Source of the DNA: Firmicutes bacterium CAG:460
GTDB taxonomy: Bacteria; Bacillota_I; Bacilli_A; RF39; UBA660
Length of the DNA: 64,000 bases
Assembly (NCBI GenBank): GCA_000437355.1
Contig: FR899762.1
Coordinates: forward strand, 45,395-109,394
Direction: 5' to 3'
The notes below the pieces were generated by a model, which saw only the letters and a program-made list of their open reading frames with translations, made no database searches and was not told the DNA's origin. The position numbers were made by a program, and so were the translations under genes. Below are positions 18,797 to 27,600 of the stretch, in pieces. Positions within the stretch are counted from its first letter, which is position 1. Each line of letters starts with the position of its first letter.

Positions 18797-19913
18797 AATT
18801 TAATTCCTCAAAGCTTAATAGTTTATTTCGATAGTATTCATACTGTTTTTTTCTTAATTCTATTTCTGCAGGAAGACCAATTGAAATGTCGCTTATTAAT
18901 TTTTCAAATTTATCTAAAATATTTACTATCTTTTTCTGCTCTTCCAATGAAGGTAAATATATTTCAAACTTTTCAGTAACAGGCAATGATATTTGAGGCA
19001 TTGAACCCATTTGCGTGCCAATTTTTCTAAAATGATTAACATTATTTTTTAAATAATAATATAAATACTTAATAGTTACTTGATTATTACAAGTATATGC
19101 CCACATTTCATTTTTGAATGTAAAAGGTTTATCGTAATAAACAAAATCAATTAATCCACGAGATTGCACTATTACGCATGGATAATCAATAATATTTGCC
19201 TTAGGAATATCCTCAAGATTAGCATTAACAGCTGTTTGTCCACCAGCAAATATTCTTATTTTGCCATCAGGATCTTCTATTTCTTTCATTTTTCCAGCAG
19301 TTATTGGAGTTCCTTTAACTCTCTTAAATAAATCTGATATTTTAGAATTTCCTTTATGTTTAAACATCTGACCACGCCAAAACTCGTATTGACTCTTTCT
19401 CGCTTCTAACTCCGCTTCTAACTCCGCTTCTAGTTCGCCAAGTTTATCAAGAATTTTAACTATTTCGTCTTGTACTTTTAAAGGGGGTAACGGAATTTGA
19501 AATTGACTATACACTTGTATCCATTGTCTTGAATGTTCCTTTGGAACATAATCAATATTACTTATGCAATAATAAATATACTTAAATAGATTATCAGTTT
19601 TAGAAATAAGTATTTTCATTGCAGATGATTTAACTTTAAAATTAAAATCTACCCAATGATTACTCGTTGTAAAATCATCAAATATAATTACAGGGTTATC
19701 AGCACTAGCATAATAAATACCATCTTTCTCATTGGTATAGCCCAAAATAAATGTTTGTCCTGCTGTTAAAACTGGTACATCATACTTTATATCATAATTA
19801 GTGCTCTTAACAATATATTTAGCTGGTTGTATGTAATCTACTAATTCCTCAAGTTTTACATATTCAACCCCATTAGGACACATTTCTTTTATTAAATCGT
19901 TAATCCTACTCAT
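18780..19913 (-). CDS. hsdS: Type I restriction-modification S (specificity) subunit
   Basis: Two target-recognition halves separated by a central helix (ELEAELEAELEARK) and a matching C-terminal helix (PAEIELRKKQYEYYRNKLL). Overlaps the hsdM stop. Confidence 0.9.
   Translation of the reverse strand: MSRINDLIKEMCPNGVEYVKLEELVDYIQPAKYIVKSTNYDIKYDVPVLTAGQTFILGYTNEKDGIYYASADNPVIIFDDFTTSNHWVDFNFKVKSSAMKILISKTDNLFKYIYYCISNIDYVPKEHSRQWIQVYSQFQIPLPPLKVQDEIVKILDKLGELEAELEAELEARKSQYEFWRGQMFKHKGNSKISDLFKRVKGTPITAGKMKEIEDPDGKIRIFAGGQTAVNANLEDIPKANIIDYPCVIVQSRGLIDFVYYDKPFTFKNEMWAYTCNNQVTIKYLYYYLKNNVNHFRKIGTQMGSMPQISLPVTEKFEIYLPSLEEQKKIVNILDKFEKLISDISIGLPAEIELRKKQYEYYRNKLLSFEELNYETVA
19401..19436. repeat. 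12-bp tandem repeat x3 inside the hsdS central spacer helix
   Basis: cgcttctaactc / cgcttctaactc / cgcttctagttc, encoding (LEAE)3. Confidence 0.9.
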
Positions 19914-21474
19914 GATAATCAACCTCAAGTTCTTTGATTATTTTTTCTAGTTCTTCTCTTATTTTTCGTTGTCTCGGTACAATTTCTGCAAGTTTTCTAT
20001 TTACTTCTTCTATATCAATTGTATTATCCTCAATATTTGCTTTTAAATATGAATTAACTGATATATTATAATCATTTTCTTTAATCTCTTCATAAGTAGC
20101 TAAATAGGATTTATTTTCAACATTTTTTCTTTCTTTTAACAAACTAATTATATTATTAATATTTTCATCTGATAATTTATTTTTATTAGTATTTCTAACA
20201 CATTCATTAGATGCATCTATAAATAAAACGTTATTATCTGATTTGTTTTTCTTTAAGACTAAAATACAGGTTGCTATTGGTGTTCCAAAGAATAAATCTG
20301 AAGGTAATTGGATGATTGTGTCTACAAAGTTGTTATCAATCATATACTTTCTTATTTTTTGTTCCGCTCCTCCTCTATAAAGAACACCTGGAAACTCAAC
20401 TATAGCAGCCGTACCTATAGGTGAAAGCCACGATAACATATGCATGGTAAACGCTAAATCTGCTTTAGATTGCGGAGCTAACACACCTGCTGGAGCAAAT
20501 CTTTCATCATTAATAAGAATCGAATTACTTTTTCCATCCCACGGATGTGAATAAGGAGGATTAGAAACTATAGCATCAAATGGTTCTTCATTCCAATGTA
20601 CAGGATGTAGCAATGTGTCACCATAAGCAATATCAAACTTATTATAATTAATATCATGTAAGAACATATTAATTCTTGCTAAATTATAACTTGTTAAATT
20701 GTTTTCTTGACCAAAAAATCCATCTCTTACATTTTCTTTTCCTAATACTTTTGCAAACTTAAGCAATAAACCACCAGACCCACAACAAGGATCGTACACT
20801 TTATTGACAGATGTTTTATCCATTATTACTATTCTTGCAAGTAACTCTCCAACCTCTTGAGGAGTAAAAAATTCTCCTCCGGATTTACCAGCATTTGAAG
20901 CATACATTGTCATCAAATATTCATATGCATCTCCAAATAAGTCAATTGTATTTTCTTGATAATTACTCATAGCTAAATTTCCAATAAAATTTATCAACTT
21001 GACTAATTTAGCATTTCTTTCATCAACTGTAGCACCAAGTTTATTATCCACTGTAAAGTCGTCAAATAGACCTTTAACATCATCTTCTGATGCTGTTCCT
21101 CTTGCTGATGATTCAATATTATTAAATACATTTGAAATTACAACATTTAGATTTTCATTTTTATCTGCGCCTTTTCTTATATTGCAAAATAATTCACTTG
21201 GTAAAATGAAGAAACCTTTTTCTTCAAGTATTTGACTTTTACCTAATAAAGCTTCTTCATCAGAAATATCTCTATATTTAAAATTTACTACACCCGCTTT
21301 TCTTTGATTTTCATTAACATAGTTTTCTATATTTTCAGATATAAATCTATAAAATAGTAAACCTAATACATATTGTTTAAAATCCCATCCGTCTACCGAA
21401 CCTCTTAGTTCATTTGCTATTTTCCAAATTGTTTTATGTAATTCTTCTCTTTCTTTTTCTTTTTTATTGTTCAT
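19906..21474 (-). CDS. hsdM: Type I restriction-modification M subunit (N6-adenine DNA methyltransferase)
   Basis: SAM motif VYDPCCGSGGLL, catalytic SNPPYS, HsdM N-terminal domain. AAGGTGG RBS precedes the ATG at 21474. Confidence 0.93.
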   Translation of the reverse strand: MNNKKEKEREELHKTIWKIANELRGSVDGWDFKQYVLGLLFYRFISENIENYVNENQRKAGVVNFKYRDISDEEALLGKSQILEEKGFFILPSELFCNIRKGADKNENLNVVISNVFNNIESSARGTASEDDVKGLFDDFTVDNKLGATVDERNAKLVKLINFIGNLAMSNYQENTIDLFGDAYEYLMTMYASNAGKSGGEFFTPQEVGELLARIVIMDKTSVNKVYDPCCGSGGLLLKFAKVLGKENVRDGFFGQENNLTSYNLARINMFLHDINYNKFDIAYGDTLLHPVHWNEEPFDAIVSNPPYSHPWDGKSNSILINDERFAPAGVLAPQSKADLAFTMHMLSWLSPIGTAAIVEFPGVLYRGGAEQKIRKYMIDNNFVDTIIQLPSDLFFGTPIATCILVLKKNKSDNNVLFIDASNECVRNTNKNKLSDENINNIISLLKERKNVENKSYLATYEEIKENDYNISVNSYLKANIEDNTIDIEEVNRKLAEIVPRQRKIREELEKIIKELEVDYHE

Positions 21475-21575
21475 ATTACTTACCACCTTTTATTTTATGT
21501 ATACAGTAAATAAGCAAAGCATGCTTAACTGTATCTTCAACACTATTCTTATTTAATTCAATTGTCTATCATTTT

Positions 21576-21686
21576 TTACCCTTCACTAATATCTTTTAAG
21601 TTTTTATAGGTAAATGAGACTTTGTCTATTTCTGTTTTAAGTTGTTCAATAGTTGCATTTTGTATAATGTACACTATATCATTCAT
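21576..21686 (-). CDS. Possible 36-aa ORF upstream of hsdM
   Basis: GGAGGA RBS plus ATG; translation MNDIVYIIQNATIEQLKTEIDKVSFTYKNLKDISEG. No homology recognisable. Confidence 0.25.
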   Translation of the reverse strand: MNDIVYIIQNATIEQLKTEIDKVSFTYKNLKDISEG

Positions 21687-22158
21687 GATAATATCCTCCT
21701 AAATTATCTATAATATAAATTATTATATCATATAATTTGACAAATTTTGATATTTATTGACAAATTAGCATTAAAAAAATTCTAAATTATATTAATAATT
21801 AGTTATATTTCTATATTTAACATCATTGAATTTATATAACTTTCTATATTCATGACATATTAAAGCTATTATGTAATCGCCTATTATTATTTGACATCAG
21901 CTTTTTCTAAAAATATATTTAAACTATTACAAAAAAAGACAATGAATATTTCCATAAACATATTCTTTACTTAATGTGTTTTCTATTACTTCAAATCTGC
22001 AGTTGTTATCTTTACTATTTTTCTAATGTTTGATAATTTTTCATAATCATTGATATTTGTTAATTTAATAATATCTTTATAGCATTTTCATCTAACTTTG
22101 ATTTCTTTAATTTTTCTATTATCTTTTTCTTGCATTATCCTTGATTTCACTAAAATTA

Positions 22159-22644
22159 TTAATTATTACTTTTAAACCATTTATTAATAATTTTAATATT
22201 TAGTTCTGCATCTTCTGATGTAATAATATATTCTTTAAACATATCATAAACTGGCTCAAATTGTTTTGGAAATGTTATATCTCCGTATACTTCAAAAATT
22301 TCTCCATCATTAAATGTTATCTTCAAACTCCATTCACAGCCATCATAATATATATTTTTAGATATATAGTTCTTCTTCCATTTTAATACATCATTTTTTT
22401 CCAATACACTAATAATTCTATTAAATTTTCTTTTACTAATTAAATCTTTATCAATACACATATTTTCAAAAATAAACTCTGGTGTTTCCATAAATGAATA
22501 CTCTATTCTAGTTATATTACAATATTTTAATTTTTTACTGTATACTTTTAACTTTGACACCATATTGTCTATATCCGAAGCAATACAAATTAGTTTATTA
22601 AATATACGTTGTTTTAATGTACCTTTTATTGTATAAATTGCCAT
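22159..22644 (-). CDS. Hypothetical 161-aa protein
   Basis: ORF 24 nt downstream of the NERD gene. No family recognised. Confidence 0.4.
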   Translation of the reverse strand: MAIYTIKGTLKQRIFNKLICIASDIDNMVSKLKVYSKKLKYCNITRIEYSFMETPEFIFENMCIDKDLISKRKFNRIISVLEKNDVLKWKKNYISKNIYYDGCEWSLKITFNDGEIFEVYGDITFPKQFEPVYDMFKEYIITSEDAELNIKIINKWFKSNN

Positions 22645-22667
22645 AATCTCACCTTACTATTTATTTT

Positions 22668-23426
22668 TTATTTTGCTATATATCTACATTTTGGAAAATT
22701 AGAGCATCCCATAAATTCTCCATATTTTCCATTTCTTTTGATAAGTTCTCCTCCACATTTTGGACATTTGTTTTTTAATTCTTCATCTTTATTGCTTTTT
22801 ATTTCTCTAGCATTTTTAACATGAACTTTTCTTTCGGCTTTATCTGTTATATTTAAATTATTTATAATTTCATATAATTCATTTGGATTTCCAATAACTT
22901 CTTCCTTATATGAAGTTATTTTATCCAACAAATCATATATTCTAGTTACATTATTTGATTTAACAGATAATATTGCTCTGCTTGGTATGCATACTAAAGA
23001 TATAAAATTTTCTTCAGGTAAGTTTAAAATTTCTTCTAATGATTTAACATGACCATAATTTTGATGAAGTGGATTATTAACATAGATTTTTTTCTTTCCA
23101 TTTTTTATCAACCATCTTTTGTCATAATCATTTCCTTTTATATAACCATTATATTGTTTTGTCTCAATAACAAAAATACCATATTTAGAAATAACAACAT
23201 GATCTATTTGATGAGTGATTCCATCTTTTGTTTTTATCATTATGTCATTAATAACTAAATACTCATCTGATAATTTTTTCAATTCTCTTTTTACCCAAAA
23301 TTCTCCAGCCATCCCAATAAACTTTTTATAATAAACATCCATTAATATGCAAAGTATTATCATAATTAGGACTTGTGGTCTAAAAATTGTTTTTAATGCT
23401 TCCACTAAAATTAACTCCATATACAA
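22668..23426 (-). CDS. NERD-domain protein with C-terminal topoisomerase-type zinc ribbon
   Basis: N-terminal TM. NERD-like core ([22 protein letters not shown]). C-terminus [29 protein letters not shown]. Confidence 0.75.
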   Translation of the reverse strand: MYMELILVEALKTIFRPQVLIMIILCILMDVYYKKFIGMAGEFWVKRELKKLSDEYLVINDIMIKTKDGITHQIDHVVISKYGIFVIETKQYNGYIKGNDYDKRWLIKNGKKKIYVNNPLHQNYGHVKSLEEILNLPEENFISLVCIPSRAILSVKSNNVTRIYDLLDKITSYKEEVIGNPNELYEIINNLNITDKAERKVHVKNAREIKSNKDEELKNKCPKCGGELIKRNGKYGEFMGCSNFPKCRYIAK

Positions 23427-23495
23427 CCTCGTTTCTAATTGGATTTATTATACAGTAAATATAAGATAAAAGCAATTATTTAGTAGTTTTTATAA

Positions 23496-23520
23496 CAAAA
23501 AAGTTCCTGAATTGGAACTC
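23496..23520 (-). terminator. Rho-independent terminator after the Cys-rich peptide gene
   Basis: Minus strand AGTTCC-AATTCA-GGAACT followed by TTTTT. Confidence 0.6.
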
Positions 23521-23529
23521 TTTATTTAT

Positions 23530-23688
23530 TTAACATTCACAATTTTCACAGCTGCATTCTTCGCAATCACAGCATTCGCTACATTCACAATCTTCACAAC
23601 CACATTCACATTCGCAAGATTCATCACAATTGCATTCTTCACATTCACAACCACAATTGCAAGTTTCTATCTTTTCTTTATCTTCCAT
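23530..23688 (-). CDS. 52-aa Cys/Glu-rich peptide (19 Cys, 16 Glu; metallothionein-like CxC lattice), absent from the ORF track
   Basis: Own translation MEDKEKIETCNCGCECEECNCDESCECECGCEDCECSECCDCEECSCENCEC. GAGGTG RBS lies 5 nt upstream and a terminator lies downstream. The plus-strand track ORF 23512-23739 is its antisense shadow. Confidence 0.6.
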   Translation of the reverse strand: MEDKEKIETCNCGCECEECNCDESCECECGCEDCECSECCDCEECSCENCEC

Positions 23689-23731
23689 TATTGCACCTCT
23701 TTCCTAGAATTATTATACTACATTTTTATTT

Positions 23732-24139
23732 CTAAATAAATATTTTTAATTTAATTGGCATCTTTCTAAATTGTTTAAAAACATTCTTTTTACTATATTT
23801 TTTACTTTCCTCAACCATTTTAGAGGATGAATCTACTTGAATAAATAAATCTTTCATATCTTTATCTTTATAATAATTAATAGCTTTCATTAAAGGTTCT
23901 TCTGGATTATTTAATTTACCATTTAATTTTATTATTCCACAATGAAATAATTTTTTAAAAGAACAAAAATCAGCATCAAATGTTATAATTGTATAACCAT
24001 TTTTTACAGCATATTCAAAGACTTCTTTATCACTTTTTCCCTTGTGTTTGTTACTATTTATTAATTCAATTTTAAAACCTTTATTTTTTAGAAAATTTCC
24101 TAACTCTTTAGGAATATTTTCATCAAGTAAAAATTTCAT
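23732..24139 (-). CDS. DUF5615-family PIN-like (Mut7-C-like) putative toxin
   Basis: MKFLLDENIPKELGNFLKNKGF...KSDKEVFEYAVKNGYTIITFDADF matches the DUF5615 N-terminal pattern. Starts immediately after the stop of the DUF433 gene. Confidence 0.65.
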   Translation of the reverse strand: MKFLLDENIPKELGNFLKNKGFKIELINSNKHKGKSDKEVFEYAVKNGYTIITFDADFCSFKKLFHCGIIKLNGKLNNPEEPLMKAINYYKDKDMKDLFIQVDSSSKMVEESKKYSKKNVFKQFRKMPIKLKIFI

Positions 24140-24505
24140 CTATAAGAATGCCCTGATTCCTTTAGTTTTAATAACATATAGAAATGACATTAGAATTTTT
24201 TCATCATCTAAAGATGGATAATTTTCTTTTATCATTTTCATAACTTTTTGGGAATCTTCTATTTCTTTAGATTTATTAATGAAGTAATAAAATATGATTT
24301 CTGGTTGAATTCTGGTATTTTTGATGACAGTTTGACCATCTAATACTTCTTTATTTGTTTCTAAATACTTGTCTAAGTCAGCTTTTTTTGCTAACTTTCT
24401 TAAGTTTCTATAACACGAAATACATTTTATTAAAGTCATTTTTTCTTTTTTAACTGCACCTTTTTCTACCACTTGATTATATAAACTTGGCATAGTTCCA
24501 ATCAT
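24140..24505 (-). CDS. DUF433-like putative antitoxin
   Basis: VLDGQTVIKNTRIQPEIIFYYF...IKENYPSLDDEKILMSFLYV resembles DUF433. GGAGGTG RBS lies 8 nt before the ATG at 24505 (the track ORF starts at 24592). Confidence 0.55.
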   Translation of the reverse strand: MIGTMPSLYNQVVEKGAVKKEKMTLIKCISCYRNLRKLAKKADLDKYLETNKEVLDGQTVIKNTRIQPEIIFYYFINKSKEIEDSQKVMKMIKENYPSLDDEKILMSFLYVIKTKGIRAFL

Positions 24506-24652
24506 ATTTTTCACCTCCAAATCATTGCTATCCTTAATTAAATAATAACACAAGTTAATATAATATTCTACACTTTTTATAAAATTTGTCAATATTTTAT
24601 CAACTCCTTTATTATAAGTTTAGCTTTTTATTAAAATATTATTATTATATTT

Positions 24653-27600
24653 TTACCATTTTACAAATTTCAATACTTTTTCTTTGTGAGGCATATCACT
24701 TGATACGATATTTGCTAGTAAAACATTTCTATTAAACTCAACTAATCTTTTTTCAATTTCAAATGTTCCATCACATTTTTCTTTTAAAACATAATAACAA
24801 GCATTTCCTAAATCGTCTTTACCATATCCCATGCCAATTGCTCTAAGTGTTTCAATTTTAGTATTAAATAGTCTATCACTTATATGAAAGTGAACATGTC
24901 CTTGAATAATGGCATCATAATCAGTTGTTTTTTTGCCTTCGAATAAAGGATTTTCTAAAGCATCAAGGAAACCTTTAATTCTTAAATCATTTTTATCTTT
25001 TCCTGCAATTGATCTTTCTATCTTTAATTTTGCATCATCACTATTAGTATATAAGAATTGTTGTGATGTTTTACCTCTTTTGAAGTTTCTTTGATATGCC
25101 CAGGTAGAGTTTTCCCCCATATAATCCCAACGAATATCATTAGCAAAGTGGCATAATGCAACTTTTTGGGTACCAACTTCTAAGTCAATTGATGGTTTAT
25201 ACATTTTTAAAGTTTCAAGGTCACTAGCACTTAACTTATTATAAGTCCATTCTTGGTTTTCACTTTTTTCTTTATCAAAATATATAAATGGCATTATTCC
25301 TAACGTATTATAATACTCACTATTACCAGCGATAGATGTTACATTATAATCTTCAAATAACCCTAATACTTCATGAGGATTTGGCCCTACTCCAACATTA
25401 TCCCCAAGTGAATATATCTCTTTGATACCATTTTTTCTAATGTTTTCTAATACTGCTAAAGTTGGTTCATATAATGAATGAGCATCAGTAATTATAGCGA
25501 TTTCTCTTCCCGTATAAATACTTGAAGTTTTATTAACATTAACCATTGTTAAGGATGTTAATATTTCTTCTAATTCTTTTGGTATTTTTGTAAACTCAAA
25601 GTCAATATCATTTAAACTAAATACCTTTTTAACATTAGGTATTGAAGTCATTACTTCCTGAGTTATAATAAATGGTAAGTTATATTCTTTAGCTAATGTT
25701 ATTTCTTCAAGGGTTGGAATTCTTCCTCCAGGTAAAATAATTCCACTCATTTTTATGCCATCACGATATAATAACACTTCAGAATTTGCTGCAGTTACTG
25801 CACTTGTTTCTAATATTCCTCTTTCAGTTCGATGTAATTCTTTTACTTCTCCAGAGTTATTAGTTATCCTAAAATTTGTACTCATATTTACTAGAGAACT
25901 ATGAATAAAACTACCAGTTGGAATTTTATCAATAGCAAATGTTGTTGATGTTCTATCAAAATAGAACTTTTCTCCAAGAAAACTTATCGGACTTACTGAT
26001 AAGAAGTTTGCTTTACTATGAGAATTACCATTTATTAAATCTTCAACTTTTTCACTTCTACTTAAAATGTGTGCATATAAACAGTAATTAACCTTAGAAA
26101 AATCATATACTATTGTACCATATTTGGAAGATAATTCTTCATTAACTAAACTTTTGGTAACATCGCTATCTAATGAAGTTAAATTAATTTTAGCATCTAT
26201 TTCAAATAATTTTTGTAAATCTTTCTTAAAATTAATAAATGATGCTTCAAGTATAAGTAAGTTATCTGGTTTATCAATAATAAAGTATTTTAAAATATTT
26301 CGCAAACCTTCAATATTATTGGTATTTTCTATTGCTTCAATTACTTTAGAAAACTTTAACAATTCATCAATAAATAAACAAATCTTCTCATTTTCTTTAT
26401 CTAGCTCTTTTAAAGTAATTAATGTTTTTGAACCACCGATATATTCTAATGATTTACTAGCATTTCCACAGATTACTTCCATAAATATATTTTTTAATTC
26501 TTTAATAGAACTTGAATTTAATATTACATCTTTATATTGTTCTAGTATTTTAAATCTTATGGATTTGATATCATCTAAAACTCTTACTTCATTTTTCTTA
26601 CTATAACTTGATGCAAATAATCTTTTTAAGTTATCACAATCATCTTTAGTTAGTAAGACATTATTATTTACTAAATTCATTATTAAATAATAACAATCTT
26701 TAAAAGCATCTATTATTGATAGATAATTTATAATACTATAAACTATATTTTCTTTACTTTGGTCTTCATGATATAATTCACTCATTAAATATTTAACTGC
26801 GGAATAAAAGTCTTCTTCTTTGTTAAATTCAATTATCTCAAGTACTTTATTAAACCAGCTTTTATAGTTTTCACTGCCACAACCATATTGAATAAAAGCA
26901 TCAAAAGGAATACCTGATTTATTTATAAAACTTTTTATTTTATTATAATTTTTAATTACTAAATCAATGTCATTATATTTAATTAATTCTACACAATTAT
27001 CTAAATCATCTTCATTTATATTCATACTTTTTAAGATTAATTTCTTTATTTCACGATGTGTTTCTAAAGATTTTAAGTATGTATATAATTCTTCTTGGCT
27101 AGTATTATTTATCTTAGATAAAATTAAATATTTATTTTGTGTCACTGCTAGTTCTTTAGAATATGGTGTTTTAAAATAATCTAGAGTTGTTAGTTCTAAC
27201 ATAGTTAATTTATTTAAATAAGTTTTAATTCTGTCTTTTAAGGTTTCAAAAACTAAAATAGTTAATTCTTCATTACTTTTTTCAAGTAATAATTCTACAT
27301 CATAATTACCATTTTTTATAATAAATGATTTATATAAATCACAATAGTTACCATATAAAATTTCTGATATTATAATTGATGATGGTTTCTTATTTAAATC
27401 AAGTTTTAATTCTTCATCCTTTAATTCAATTATTAGTTTTTGAACTTTTAAAGGAATGTTTTGGGAATTTCTTAAATAACATATTTTTAAACTACTTAAA
27501 CTTCTAGATTTAATAGCGGATTTTAAATCTTTTTCTTTTTTATCCAAGATAAATTCTTTGATATCAGCAGAAATTGCATCATTATATATCCATGATAAGA

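Noticed and set aside
21700-22158. Possible degraded gene between the NERD-side ORF and the hsdM promoter (minus-strand fragments such as MQEKDNRKIKEIKVR* and ...LTNINDYEKLSNIRKIVKITTADLK)
   Set aside because: Multiple stops occur in all frames and no recognisable motif is present. I could not assign a parent family, so it is mentioned only as island decay.
23512-23739. Track ORF (+, 75 aa, F/T/A-rich: ...FTIFTAAFFAITAFATFTIFTTTFTFARF...)
   Set aside because: It is the antisense reading of the (GAA/TGT)n-type Cys/Glu-rich gene on the minus strand. That minus-strand gene has an RBS and a terminator, whereas the plus-strand ORF has neither.
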